Positions 39,151-53,358 of a stretch of 64,000 nucleotides of DNA are shown here, in pieces. The stretch comes from Octopus vulgaris (Eukaryota), in assembly GCA_951406725.2 (NCBI GenBank), contig OX597820.1, positions 40,176,001-40,240,000 of the forward strand, in the 5' to 3' direction. The notes beneath the pieces are model-generated. The model ran no database searches. It was not told the DNA's origin and was given only the letters and a program-made list of their open reading frames with translations. Each line of letters begins with the position of its first letter. Positions within the stretch are counted from its first letter, which is position 1. A program made the translations under genes and the position numbers.

Positions 39151-40290
39151 ATTATATTGTTATTATATATATAGAGAGAGAGAGAGAAAGAGAGGGAGAG
39201 AGAGAGAGGGAGAATAATAAATGCCAAAAACGAATTTCTGTGTGTCAGTGTGTCACACTTTGACGCCCTCTCTCTCTCTAATCAATGGTACCTTTTCTAC
39301 TTCTCTTGCTGGGGTGAGAGTAATAGTAGGCATAGAGACAGTGATGGCGGTTGTAGATTGACAGTTGAGATGGTAATGGGGTGGTAGCAATAGTACGAGC
39401 TGTAGTTGTGATAGAAGCTGTGGCGACGGTGATTGTGGTGGTGGTAGTGGTAGCTGAAGTGGTCAAGCATGACGGTGATAGTAAGCGATATGAAAGACAG
39501 TAGTGATGTTGGTGGGAGGGGAGGCAGCGAAGTCAAAGGTGTTGATAGTGGTGGTGTTAAAAGTCTTAATGATGTGTGTGTACCAATTTTGGTGGCGAAG
39601 GTGGTGGTATTGGTGATGATTAAAAACAATCAACGAAAAGAGATAGATAGATAGATAGATATATAGATAGATAGATAGATAGATAGATAGAGATAGAGAG
39701 AGAGAGAGAGAGATAGAGAGATATATAGATAGAGATAGAGGGAGAGATAGATAGAGATAGAGAGAGAGATAGATAGAAAGAGAGGGAGAGAGAGGGAGAA
39801 ATAAAGAGGTTAGACAGATAAAAATTCTACTGAGCTCCGAATGGGACAAAAAATGTAAACAGGTCAGTTGTCACTGACGAAAGAAATAGAAAGTATACAA
39901 TAGAAAGTGAAGGACATAGGGTGCTACATAACGAGGCTAGGAAGTAGCGACCATGAAAAAGATGCTTCATAAATTTTGCGCAACGAACACACACAAAATT
40001 ACATATATATACAATAGTATATATATACATACAAATACACATATATGAGTACGTAAACAAATATACAAAAATATGTAAGCAAATACATTCTCACATAAAT
40101 ATAAGTATATACACGTACACATATACATCTATGTATGTATGCACATATACATATATACACGTATACTTTCACACATACATACACGTACATGAACGCATAC
40201 GCACACATACACATACATGTGCTTACCTACAATACATACATACACATAAAAGTAAATATATAGTGACATATCTACAACGTAACGCATATA

Positions 40291-40336
<46 letters not shown>

Positions 40337-41364
40337 AATATATATTTAAAATTGTTTGTGTGTGTATATATATATATACACACAAGCAATCTTAAATACG
40401 CTGCTCTGTGTGTAGGGTATTAAACATTCGGATAAGACAAAATGCCGCACCATATATGAAATTATCTATAAAGTTGATATAACAATTAAATAGGTGTGCA
40501 AGATAAAATAAAATGCAATAAAATATAAATGAACCTTCGCAAAGCTTAAGCTTGTAATTAAATTTGTAAAAAAGTCGAAGGGTTTTTTAAAGAACGAGCC
40601 GAAACATATTCAATATCGTTGTGATGCGAAATAACCATACACTGCAAAGACAAGTTTAAAAGCGGCAGTCGAAAATATTTCGAAAGTCAAAACATATTAC
40701 CTATAGGGTATTTTGTCGGTTGACATTTTAAATTTTCTTGCGTGCCTGCAGGAATTTAAGATCTCCCGTCTCTGTTTCAAAGCGTTTTTATCCTGGAATA
40801 GGATAAAGAATTTTTCCGAAAGGCACGATCACATTTCATAGGTCTTTTATAAGCTCCATTTCTCTAAGCTGAAGTTTTATCTAAGATTTTCCAAGTTACA
40901 TTGAATGGACGGGCTTCATTCTCTTTCAACTCCCTGACATGCTTTGCAAGACTAGACGCTGTCCTGAATTTTTCTGGGAATAAAATTGTATCTTGAAAGA
41001 ATTTTCTGAAGCCCCTGTATATGTGTTATATTCTTGTGAGCCATCTACTTGCACTTTGGCTGTATAAATAATACCTTTTTCGAAACATTTTCCTTCCAAC
41101 TGACAGTATGTCTCATCTTTGAAGTTTCAATTACTCGGATTAGAATCGGCACTGTAGTTGCATTTTATGTTTTACTTGTCTGCATAGAATACGTCTGAAT
41201 ATTGTTTCCCAGACTCAATAGAATACACTTTTATCTATCCATGTATATTGAGTACATTTCAAGCATTACTTCATATTTTGTACTTTATCAGTTTACCACA
41301 GAAGCTACATAAACAATATTAATGTTTTGAAATCTTTTTTGTGTATTTCATGTTTTTGTTCTTT

Positions 41365-41772
41365 TTACTGAGAAGAAAACGGGCGAAAGCGATCTTGTTT
41401 CATCAGGATAATGTTCCAGTACACAAGTATTTGATTTCCATGGCTACTGTGCGTGACTCTGGCTTTTTTTGGTTGATCACCTACCCAATTCTCCTGCTTT
41501 GGTGTCATCTGAATATCAGCAGTTCCCCAACACGAGAAAAAACTCCACTTGGCTAGGAACAAGTGCCGCAGTGATGACAACATCATTTTAGCTGTTGGTG
41601 ATTCTTTTGAGCAACCAGATAAAAATTGCTTCACAAATAGAATTCAAGCACTGCAATATGAATGGAAGAAATGCGTAGACCGAAAGGAGGAGTAAATTGA
41701 AAACTAAACCTCATTTGATCACCTTCCACGGGAGTATCGTGATCATTCTTATAAATTTTTCAACCCACTTAC
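41365..41772 (+). mobile_element. mariner transposase catalytic/C-terminal remnant
   Basis: ILFHQDNVPVHK ... SDDNIILAVGDSFEQPDKNCFTNRIQALQYEWKKCVDRK. Confidence 0.8.
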
Positions 41773-43329
41773 ATCGCTAAATAAATGGATATATAGATAA
41801 ACAGAAAGACAGACAATTATATTGAAAATTCTGAAACTCGCTTTGACGCTCTTGTCGACCAATGAATTGAAAAATCTTGATTTTAGTCTTGTTTATAACA
41901 CAACTCTTACAAGCAAAGGAAATTAAATCAATAGATATAGATTCATGAAGGATATTTTAAAACAGGAAATTGGTAGGTGTTAATTAATGTAAAGATGAAT
42001 AAACCAGCAAAGAGAAAATATAGAAACGACAATTAGTAACTTTGTAAACATAGAAAGCATGAATGTTATAGGATATCATTGTTTACTGGTTGGTTGCACA
42101 TCTATTCATGCCAGACAATCTAACGTTTGTGAAAGGTATCATGAACTATATTCTCAAAGGCTAGAATATTTCTGCAAGCAATAAATCTCCAGGCGAAGAC
42201 TCTACCACTTCACTGCCACTGTTAACCCTCTATTATTTATGAATTTAATTAGTACTTCTTTCTTTTTATTAGCTATTTCGGTATCCTGTGTATCAGCAAC
42301 TTCATTATTCTTATTTTCATCTGCCTTATATGTATCTGTATTTCAAAAATCTTCATGTCTGTCATGTTTCATACATGTGTAGTATTACCTGATGCTCTCA
42401 TCATTGAACTTTGACATCCCACCCTAAAAATGTGCATATGTCCACAAATGATTAGTTTGTGTACATTATGTATTGTGCATCAGTGTATATATATATATAT
42501 ATATACGTACGTGAGTCATCTAAGAGACAATAAGTCAGGAAAAAGATGCACTCATATATCTCTCAGTAGAGTGGGTATATTATCCGAGATGTATAGTATT
42601 AAATATCAATCACGTCTGACCTTACCAATCGCTTTCGCATAAAGAATAAAATGGAATGTTAGGTAACAAGCCGATTATATAATTTTACGTTCATCAGAGC
42701 AGTTACCATATTCTCTTCCATATTGGCTAACTCTGATGCGCGTAAAGTTTTATAATCGGTTCGTTACCTAACACTCCATTGTATATTTTACGCGAAATGG
42801 ATTGGTAAGGTCAGCCATGATGGATATTTAATAGTATACATTGTGGTTAATTTATATATATAAAAGAGAGTTTGTATGTGTGTGCGCGAGCGTAAGTTCC
42901 TTAAGCATTCGAAAACTGAGTTGCCGGGTATCAAAAGATTCAGTAATGTTTCGGCTACGAAATAAACTTTATGTTCATTTTCATATTTTTTACGTTATCT
43001 CAACAACCAGCTTTAGTTATTTGAAAGACACTGCTCTACAATGACCAGATTGCATTAGAAAGTGAAAATTGTTTCGCACTTTCAATTTGAACCAAAATGA
43101 CAAAGTGTTGCATTACGAGAGTGACGATGTGTAAATAAAGTTTCGCTGAATTAGTCCCATATGTACTATAATAAAGACATCTGCTTATCATCTATCTATA
43201 TATAGTGTGTCATCCTATAAGTAATGCAGTTATATCAGTTGCACGAACTAAAAGTCAGAAGGGGGCGGGATAAACTACCTGCATCAACTTGCTATAAATG
43301 CAAGTAGTAATTTTACTGTGTCCTTATTC

Positions 43330-43825
43330 TTAGTGCGGGTTTTGACGTGTGCGGTTTGATTTTAAAAGTTATTTTTTCAAAGCTTTAATGGAAGTGGAAA
43401 AGGAGCATATTTGGCATATTTTGCTTTAGGAGTTCAATAAAGGCAACATCGCAAAGGAAAGTGCGAAGAATATTAATGCAGTATATGGGGGTCGGACAAT
43501 AAGCGTGGTTCCAGAGATTCTGAGTTAGAAACCACAGAAACCTAGTAGACGAGCCACACCCTGGAAGATCTGTAGAGGTCGACGAGGATGTCATGCAAAC
43601 CCTAGTGTAACAAAATGTCAGATGAGTAGCTAACAGAGAAGCTTGGATTTGGTCATTTAACCAGTCATTCAAATCAGCGCTAGAAGAAAAATGACCATCT
43701 TTTGTTTAAAGACGAAAGGTGTTCTCCCATCAGGATAATGCTCGGCCACATGCAACGTGGATGGCATTCCAAAGGCTGGAGTAGTTTGAATGGAAAACAA
43801 TGCCCAACCTACCATATTTGCCCCG
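43330..43825 (+). mobile_element. internally deleted mariner remnant
   Basis: MEVEKEHIWHILL*EFNKGNIAKESAKNINAVYG, WFQRF, PGRSVEVDED, HQDNARPH, PNLPY. Confidence 0.85.
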
Positions 43826-43830
43826 TTTAA

Positions 43831-44198
43831 TTACAACAGGGAAAAAGAGGAAGCCTTTATAAAATTGGTTATGATGTTTCTGCACACCCGAACGAATCAG
43901 AATAGGAGCCGAAGCAAGCAGAAGTGAAAAGGAAGCTATATAAGTGGCATTTGGTCACGTATTCCAAAAGTAAAGAAATAGAGAAAACGATTGTAAAATA
44001 TAAATCGGTAATAAGAGTAAAGCTGCCGCCAGAAAAATACCCGGAATACACTAAAGGAATAGTCATAGAAAATGAGAAATTTTTGAAATTGTGAGAGATG
44101 TATGGATATTTCATAGACCCGCTGGGGGTTGAAGTTGAGTTTGACGAGCTCCCACCGGTCGTGGAATTAGAAGATTTGAAACCCTGTATGAACATGTA
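43831..44198 (+). pseudogene. decayed ORF of unknown family (~120 codons, two in-frame stops)
   Basis: Reads ...EVKRKLYKWHLVTYSKSKEIEKTIVKYKSVIRVKLPPEKYPEYTKGIVIENEKFLKL*EMYGYFIDPLGVEVEFDELPPVVELEDLKPCMNM*; protein-like composition, followed by an A-rich tract. Confidence 0.45.
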
Positions 44199-44541
44199 AA
44201 AACAAGTAAGTAAAATTTGTACTTCATATCAAAAAAAAAAAAAACCAAACAAACAAGAAAATAGACTGTTAAAATGTTTAAAGAAAAAAGAGAGAAAAAA
44301 GCGATCCAATAAAAAAAAGAGTAAGAAAAAAACGAGCTAAAAAAGGAAAAAAAAGAAATGACTGTAAGAACGTTTAATGGTAAAAAAGAAATCACGGTTT
44401 CGTCTCGGAGCGAAACCAAGAAAACCGTCTCATATTCATTGTAGTTCATTCTTTCATAAGTATTTTTTGTTCCCGCGTGTTTGTGTATGTCCCCTCTGTA
44501 TTCTGGCCTTGTGCCTATAATAAAGAGAAACCGGTGATTGT

Positions 44542-44586
44542 CACACGCTGATGACGGGTCAATATCCAGAAACTCGAGTCCGTGTG
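44542..44586 (+). ncRNA. type I hammerhead ribozyme motif (near canonical)
   Basis: CACACG-CTGATGA-cGGGT(CAAT)ATCCa-GAAA-CTCGAG-TC^CGTGTG; perfect 6-bp stem I, palindromic stem III ACTCGAGT, GUC triplet. Confidence 0.85.
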
Positions 44587-44753
44587 TATCATACAGGTTG
44601 AAGATGGGAAGCATGGCTTCCCTTTGCAAATACCGATAGGGCACAGAAAGTGTGTCAATAGCCAGCTGTAGGAGCTATCCTCCTGGGGCTACAAGCTACA
44701 GTAGCATTCACCCTTAAGGGTTAGCCACATTTAAGTGGCAAATATACTTCACG

Positions 44754-44806
<53 letters not shown>

Positions 44807-45359
44807 TTAGACAATATTTTAATGGGAGAACAGACGTTGTTTGATATATACAGAAAGCGAAAAGATGAAAAAACAGATTTGTCTTACAGGATTAAGGAGT
44901 ATATTAGTGTCATAATAATAAAGATATACAATTTTGTACAAAATAAAATTTTGTTCTTTCAACGTAATTAAGGTAAGAGCCAGTTTCGCATTGGTCATCA
45001 AGCTAAAGGTTGTAAAACAGAAATATTGCTAGGGTAAAGACAATACTAAGGGAGATAATTGTTCACTCATTTATTTTACATTAAAAGGAGGTAAATCTGT
45101 ATTTTTTTTATTTTTGGTCTGTATTTTATATAGCCGTTTGTGAATTCTTATGTAACTGAAATAAAGTTATGTACGATATAACTGCCCTAGCGCTGAAAAT
45201 AAGGAAGTAAATTATCAGTCATGTACAGGTATGAAATAAAACGAACTGATTGTCAGTTGGAATATATTTTTCATTAGCGACGTACATCTTCACGAATATA
45301 TTATGAAAACACAGGCGCATACTTTAAAAGTCCTTTATTATATACGTGTCTAAATATGG

Positions 45360-45572
45360 TTTTCAAATTTTGGCACAAGGCCAGTAGGTTTGTGGAGAGG
45401 GCCTAAGTCAATTATATCGACCCAGCATTCAAATGGTATTTATTTTATCGACCCCGATACGATGAAAAGCATAGTTAACATCGGCGGAATTTGAACTGAA
45501 AATGTAAGGACGGATGAAAAGCCGCTGAGCATTTTGCCCGGCGTGCTAACGATTATACGAGTTCGCCGCCTT
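45360..45572 (-). mobile_element. SINE family B, diverged
   Basis: TTTATCGACCCCGA...CGGAATTTGAACT...GCCCGGCGTGCTAACG...TCGCCGCC. Confidence 0.8.
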
Positions 45573-45852
45573 GTACATGTCAATATAGCCATGCAATTTA
45601 TTTTACCATATACGAAGCTCATTATTTCGGTTATTGTTTCATTTTGTAAATTTAAGAAAAAATGAAAAGTGTATGTTCTCATATTTTAAGCTCTGTTTAC
45701 TCTGTGTACTGTAAGTTGTACAGATACACATGCGCGCGCGCAACAGTTTGTTTACAGGTATATATGTGTGTGATGTGTGTGTGTGTGTCGCCGTATGTGT
45801 AAGTGTGTGTGTTTGCGTGTGTGTGTAACTGTATGTGTATGAGTGTACGTGT

Positions 45853-45905
<53 letters not shown>

Positions 45906-46101
45906 ACAGTGGAAATGTTGACTTTCATATCGAAGTTTATGTAGCTGTCTCTGGACAGTCTGATGTAAGTCATATATAAGAATCTTCGAAGCAACTGTGA
46001 ACATTACTTGCAAAAGAGGATAAAAAATATATATTACTTTTTACTAAAACGTATTGAGTTTGATGTGTTGTGATTTTATAAATGATATTACGTAAAATTT
46101 A

Positions 46102-46152
<51 letters not shown>

Positions 46153-49142
46153 TGTGTGTGTGTGAACGCGTGTAAATGTATATGTGCATATATGCATGCA
46201 TGACGCAATATTTCAAATATGAATAAAACACATTTTAAAGAGAGAAGCATTAGAATTAGACCATTATTGTTCTAATTATTCAGAATTTCCCTGTAATTAT
46301 ACATTTGATGGCGCATGGTTAGAAAGTAGCTAGCTTACTAATAACGTCCAAAAACATCTAACAGGTTCTGTTTAATCGACGAATAATCTGGATTACAAAA
46401 AAAAAAACAAAAACATTTCCCGTAAGTGTACATTCAACTGAAATTTGCCACAAACATATAGGGAAACCTGTCTAAAGTTTAGCACACAGTTTTATTAGCC
46501 GACAGACATGTTTCAAGATTCTTTTCTTCTACTAACAAAATGCTCTTGTACAAGGTTGCAGAAAGCCTTTCTCTTAGGGTTCTTGAATGGATTTGTTAAA
46601 AATGCATTGCTGTCAGTATTTATTTTTATATGCTAGTACATTAATAACGTAAACTACGAATTCGATTAACAATGATCAATAAAATAAATATTCGACTGAA
46701 ATAAAACTGAGGCAGTATTCGCAACTTGTAGCACGTATTGAAGAATGGAATAATACGTATTAAAAGTTATTTAATATCACCTAGTTCCTAAGTACAGCCT
46801 TCTCTATGAATATTTAGTTTTCTTATCCTAGCACTTTCGAAAGAACTAGTAATTTAAATAACTATAAGATGTCATCAAGCTCATAGATATATAAGATATG
46901 CGTGAGTATAAAAATATACCTATACAAAAGAATTAGCACATTTACGCAATATTTGTACGTGCAATTTAATCTAATAAAGCTAATCCATATTATTCGAAAC
47001 TTCGAAACATTCCTGGATTTGCCCATTTGGTTGTACATAAGTGGAAAGCCAACGTTCTGAAACTTGCCGACAACTACTCAAACATATTTCGTTTAATGGA
47101 TATAAGTTTTGTTATTTCCTCTGTATAACAAATATTTCCATTATTTTTTCAGTAATCAAACCGGCAAGACAAGGAAACTTACAGATTACTACTTTTAAGA
47201 ACAATAACAATTGTTTTAGGGCTCACGAAAAAGAAAAGATGTGGTATAATAGCACCCAGTGTATATATACCTAGGAGAGCCGATGTAAATACGCAGATTA
47301 ATCATATTCATTGAGTTATCTGAAGTTAGGAGAGAAACTTCGACAAGTCCATGAGATATAAAAGAGAACATTCTCAGTAGGTAGCTATTATCATATCAAA
47401 TTTTATTACTAAAATTTGTCGGCAAATGAATAGTAGAGAATTACAGACAATTAATAAGAATTTTCTTTTTCTTTATTTTTTTTCATATCGAATGGCTATC
47501 AAAGCTGAATAAGAAAATATAAAAAGAAAGATTCTGAAGGATTTAGAAAACGATAACCATCTACCACACACCAGAGAGACTATGAAATAAAATGTATTTT
47601 CTTTAGTAACGGCGGTTATAATGAGAAACACGCTCCAATACACACAGAAATAAATGACTGCAACCAGCTAAAAACAAATTCTGAAAATTTATAAATTGAA
47701 ACTTGAAGAAATAAATTCTTTTCCAAAAGAAGACAGGTCACAAACGGGCAACATATCATAAAATGTGAAAAATGAACATTAATGAAACAGAAGCAATAAC
47801 GAGACAAGAAAAATGAGATAAATATAAATGATATAAATCACCTAACTTATGCAACAGTCCGTGTAATACTGAAGAAACGGGCTGTGAAAACAGTGAAAAT
47901 TCTAAAAATCAAATAATGTAAGCAGCCGAGAAAATAAAATACATAAGGTTATAAGACAAAAGTGAAATAGCAATAATATATCCGAAATACAAAGGGAAAA
48001 ATAGCACAGCTATTAAAAAAACACTAACAATGTAACATTAAGAATGGAAATGGACTTAATAAAAGAAAATCAAATTCAGTTAGCCAAATAAAAATAATAA
48101 AACAAAAAAGAGGGAATAAGCAGGAAATAAACTAATGGGAGAAATAAAAGAGGCAATCGAAGCGAAATAAAATGTTTTCGAGAACACAAACAATAACTTA
48201 CATGGAGTTAAATGATAAAACACTTAACAATAGAAAATTCCTCAGTAGAAAGAAAGAAACCAAACAAAACAAAAAAACACAGAAAGAAAAGGAAACGAAT
48301 AAAGCAAGAAAAATGTTTCAGTATTAGAGAAAATCTGGTATGGTGAAAAATAGCATATAAATAAACGAAGGAGGGAAACAAATAACAACTTGTGCCGTAT
48401 ACTAATATTATTACCAGGGTCAACAATCACATAGAGGGGTTGAATCGGAATATGAGAGAAGAAATCAAAAAATAAATTATGTGATGAAATATATAACATC
48501 CCGGAAGACCTAATTTAAACAAATGTATGACAATATAGAGCATGAAAAATGTAAAAATCACACTCTCTGTCGAGCAAGGATGATTTTTGGATAAAATATA
48601 AATCATGCATTATTCAGCATGACATGCTGGCCTCGCTACAGGAAGAAACTAAGAGAAGAGGAAGATAACGATCAAAAGATATGAAAACTAAAAAAAAGAA
48701 AAAAAAAAAAAATAGAAACGAAATTATGCTGTTGCGCGGGGCGAAAAATGTATCAAGGTAATATGGGTGATGAGACGCCATACAGTTAACTACCAGAATA
48801 GTAGCAACAGCAACAAGGATTGTAGCAACTTGAAGGAAATAAACTCCATAAAGCCCGTACCCACGACAAAAACGGAACTGAAACTAGAACAACGAAAGGA
48901 AGCGCATCAGATTTACCAAAGCCATAATCAACATAAAGAGCATCAACATCAAGAGCAACGACACCTGCAGAATCAGGAAGCAAGAGAACAACTAACTTAC
49001 CAATTTCTTCATGTCGTTCTGCGAAAAGAATGTTTTAAGCATAATATAATAAAAACAGCCGAAATATTTTCACCAGAATCTGCAAACTTGTAAAAGAATA
49101 ATTTCCGGGATGATGTTAAAATACACAAGATAAAAACTTTCT

Positions 49143-49375
49143 TATTTCTTTATTGCCCACAAGGGGCTAAACATAGAGGGGACAAACAAGGACAGACAAA
49201 GGGATAAAGTCGATTACATCGACTACAGTGCGTAACTGGTACTTATTTAATCAAGCCCGAAAGGATGAGAGGCAAAGTCAACCTCGGCGGAATTTGAACT
49301 CAGAACGTAACGGCAGACGAAATACCGCAAGGCATTTCGCCCGGCGTGCTAACGTTTCTGCCAGCTCGCCGCCTT
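49143..49375 (-). mobile_element. SINE family B (Nin/Deu-like core), full length with 18-bp TSD
   Basis: tRNA-like head AAGGCGGCGAGCTGGCAGAA...GAGTTCAAATTCC; ACAAGATAAAAACTTTCT duplicated at 49125-49142 and 49376-49393. Confidence 0.92.
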
Positions 49376-51825
49376 ACAAGATAAAAACTTTCTAATGAGA
49401 TCTTCACAAAATCCGGATTACTCGTTCTTTTAGAAGTAAGGAAGAAACCTCCCCCAGTTTCTTTTTCTGTTTAATGTATCAGTTGATGGGTTGGTTTTAT
49501 AAATGCACGTACTCTGACGTTGGCTTCGACAAAATCTTTTGTTGAATGACTTGTACAAATGCGGTGATCTCAGCCAAACCAATATATTTGGTGATGCGCA
49601 CATTCAGTCTTCTGGATATAAGCTTCATTCTGTCAGGCCACCTCGAATGGCGTAAAAGCTTTCTTCCAAGTTATCTGGATTTCGAGGAAAAATCGATAAT
49701 TCAGGATGTAGATAGATGGTCAGTGGTTCTGGTATCGAACTGTAATGAACGAGGTGCCTTCAGACCACTTCCCGGTTATATTCTGCAGAATGCTTTGCAG
49801 TTGCGCTTCTCGAAGAAAATTATTCTAAGATTCATGTCGCTCATTATCATTAGTGTCTGTAGGCGACTATATACGCATCTGAGATAAACACCAATTTAAA
49901 AAAGATTTCGAAAGAAATAATACTGAAAAAATAATATTGATAAAAATAAAAGCTTGTTCAGATAATTCCAAAATTCTGTATTTCCATCTAGATAGAGTTT
50001 GTTAGGTTAAAGGATAGCAAAGAGACATTACAGTTTCAGGGGTTTGTTGCACGGGATCAAAAATTATGTTTACTCCGCCAGATTAGGTGAGACACGGGGA
50101 GGCTATAGAAAAGAGATTAGTGAGTTAGGTTAGAGGTAACAGGACGATAGTTGGCAATCAGTTGTAGATTCACAACGAGAATCTACTCGCAAATTTAAGC
50201 AAATGATATGTAATGATAAGTAACAATGGATTGGAGGAAGATCTATGAAACAATTTTGAAGTAATTGTTAGGGAAGCCACCACAACAGATGGGAGAGCGG
50301 AAAAAATGGCACGCAGCAACTCCTTTAACAAGAATACGCTGTTCGAGCTAATGCGGATAATCTAAGAGTCTAGAAAACGAAAGACTTTAAAAGGGACCGT
50401 GTAAAGTGGTGCGAGCTAACTATATCTCTACGGTAAGGTCCTTGATGAGATGCAATGAGGAAGTACTAATCGACTCGAAGCCGATGCGAGAAATTTACGA
50501 ACGGCATATTGCCTGAATGTTTAGTGTTTTATATCTGTGTTAGACTAGAGTTAGTAGCACGCCCGAGTAAGGGCGCAAACAAAGAAGACAGCGTAGATAA
50601 TCTGATATTAATTACTTTCTTGCATCGATAGTTGAATATTTTATCTACATATAACGATGTTGATGCTTATCATCCGTAGGACAACATTGCAGCCGTTCTC
50701 ACGGTTTCACGTTTTTTTAGGAATATATGGTATGTTATTTCTATACGTCAGAGAATAGGCTGTTGCATGAAGGAGATTTGATCGCTAAGTCTGATAAGGC
50801 AGTAGATCACGTAGATGATCCAAGGTTGGCTCGCATGAAGTTGGATCTCTATGAATATCATGAAAATACAAGCAATACATGCATTTTCAGAAAACCGAAA
50901 CACAGAGTCAATTAGTTAAATTGGAGTAACAGTTCCTGATTCGCAAAAACTCTATATAAGTTAATGCCTGTCATTCAACCAGTTCCATTGACTAGTCCTA
51001 CTCACCATTTGTGATTCATGAAAGTATATAGTATTATATTTCTGAAGCAAAATAATTTATGCTTGGTTATTGGGTAACGTATTATTAGCACACTGTGCAC
51101 ATTTATGATATCGCATATAATATAATAGCAGAGCATTATAATCAAATACGAATCGGTAATATCAGAGTTAGATAATCGTTAGCATGTTCCCTTTTACATG
51201 TACTAAGTGTTGTTAACCAAATATGTATTACCTCTTTTTATACAATTTCACCATAAAACAGGGAAAACGATAGAATAAAAACAATGTTATTTATTTCTTG
51301 GCTCTATATGATCAACTATATTTAACCCACAAATGTACCTCATTGTAGTGTTCTAGCGATCATCATAGCAACCTGTAGCATGAAAATGGGATTGCATGGT
51401 AACAGCATTACAATATTTTGATACCTCGTCTCTTTAAGTTCTGAATTTAAATATTTGTGCGATCGATGTTGCTTTCATCCAACCAGAGCTGATAAGGTGA
51501 GTACCACTCAAGTTCTAAAGACTATATAATCGATGTTAAGTTCCCAGAAAATGCGTGGCCTTGTATTTACGTTAGAACCTAAATGAATCTAATTTCCTAG
51601 TTTCTATTTCAGTTACCCACTCAATCCATCTATAATCGATTTGTAAGTGCAATTTACGCACTGATGCTACCGGAAGAATTGATATGCCACATACTATAAA
51701 GGAACTATTTTCTGTGAGAAATACGATAACTGGGCTCATAATTTGCTTTACATACTCAATGTTTTTGAGAAAGACGTGAATATCGCAATTTCCATATAGC
51801 TTATACACACACATATACAACCGCA

Positions 51826-51945
51826 TCATTCCGAGTTCAATACCACAGCGGGGCAGACTGGGTAGGAGTCTTCTACTAGGGTGTCTGGCAGACCAAAGCC
51901 TTGTGAGTGGATGTGGTTGACGGTAACTGAAAAAGGCAGTCGTGT
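51826..51945 (+). mobile_element. SINE family A fragment
   Basis: GACCAAAGCCTTGTGAGTGGAT...GACGG.AACTGAAA. Confidence 0.7.
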
Positions 51946-51959
51946 ATATATAAATATAT

Positions 51960-52835
51960 AATATAATATAAATAATATATAAATATATGCATATATACAT
52001 ACATATATATACATATCTACATATATATGTATATATACATGCATATATGGGTACATGACATCAAAAACAAAAGAGACGTCAACAAAATGAGAAACGAGAA
52101 CATAAAAAACAAATATATAGAAAACGAACTATATTTCGAACAACAAAAGAAACAAGTAGAGAAACGAGACAGGCAACATAAAGAACATTCCCTTCGTCAG
52201 TTGTCCCCTGTTTCAACTTCTCCGCGTTACGAAGACGCGACTTCGTTAAAAACAATCCTTCCCGCAAAGCAAATTAAATTTGGGATTTTTTGCGGAGGGT
52301 TAAAGTGGTAACATAAATAGAATAGTAAGAATAAAAAAGTAAAAGCAAATTGTGGAGGATGTTAAGCCAAGACGATGTGAAGTGGTGGACGCTGGAAAGA
52401 CTAGATTTGAGAAGAGACAGGCAAAAGCACGTCTTGTTTTTAGGAAGGAATTGGAAAAAAGATGGATAGCCGTTGGTCACGTGTAAGCAACGAGAGATTC
52501 AAGGAGGAAGAGTGAGAGAGAGAGAGAGAGAGGGAGAGAGGGAAAGCTGAAGGGGAGAGGAGAAGAATAGGGAAAGGGTGGGAGAGAAAAACAAAAACAG
52601 AAAGGAAAAAGAACAAGAGAGAGAAATACATAGAAAGAATAGGTGGATAGAGTGCGCATCGGAATTAAAGATAAAACTTACTTGAAAATGGATGCATGGT
52701 GTTCGATCATATAATAATATCAATAATATATAAATATATGCATATAAACATATATGTACATACCTACATATATATGCATGTATATATACATGCATATATG
52801 GGTACAGGACATAACAAAAAAAGTCAACAAAATGT
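51960..52835. mobile_element. element bounded by ~120-bp direct repeats
   Basis: ATATATAAATATATGCATATA...CATGCATATATGGGTACA.GACAT...GTCAACAAAATG at ~51970-52090 and ~52725-52835. Confidence 0.6.
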
Positions 52836-53263
52836 TAAACGTGGTTCAATTTACAAGGAAAGATCCAGAGGAACATCTATTTTGTTCAAATATGTCTGTG
52901 ACACAGTTTAACTACTAAAGGCAATTTCATTTACGGTATAACATCTAAAAATATCTTTACCTGCTCAGTGTCGCCCTTTATCAGACCCCTGGTCGTGTCT
53001 TTGACTCTTACCCTTCCTCAGCAGGTACGAAAGAGAGTTAACTTTGAGTAAATTGGAAAACCGTAGCTTCATAAAAGAAAAGCCAGCAAAAATACTTGAA
53101 GCAACTTAAAGTTCATATAGGAGTTCGATAGTGTATGACGTTGAGTTGACACTGTTTTTACACCTTTCACCGTTAGCTGGATTTTTTTCCACGGTGCACT
53201 AAAGTGTGATTGTATTTACTATTTAAAATATGTCACAAAAATGTTGAACTAACTTAAATTTCG

Positions 53264-53304
<41 letters not shown>

Positions 53305-53358
53305 TTAGAAATATTACATTTCTAAATCTCTCAGAGAGATTTATACAGTAGCAGCACG

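Noticed and set aside
44975-45005. Minus-strand TTGATGA-CCAATGC-GAAA-CTGGCTC HHR-like string
   Set aside because: Stems I-III do not pair convincingly.
48767-49093. Gln/His-rich 108-aa ORF
   Set aside because: Low-complexity A-rich sequence with no recognisable domain.
49400-49900. Possible LINE endonuclease relic on the minus strand
   Set aside because: Only faint motif echoes (CVY, IMSDMN); too degraded to support.
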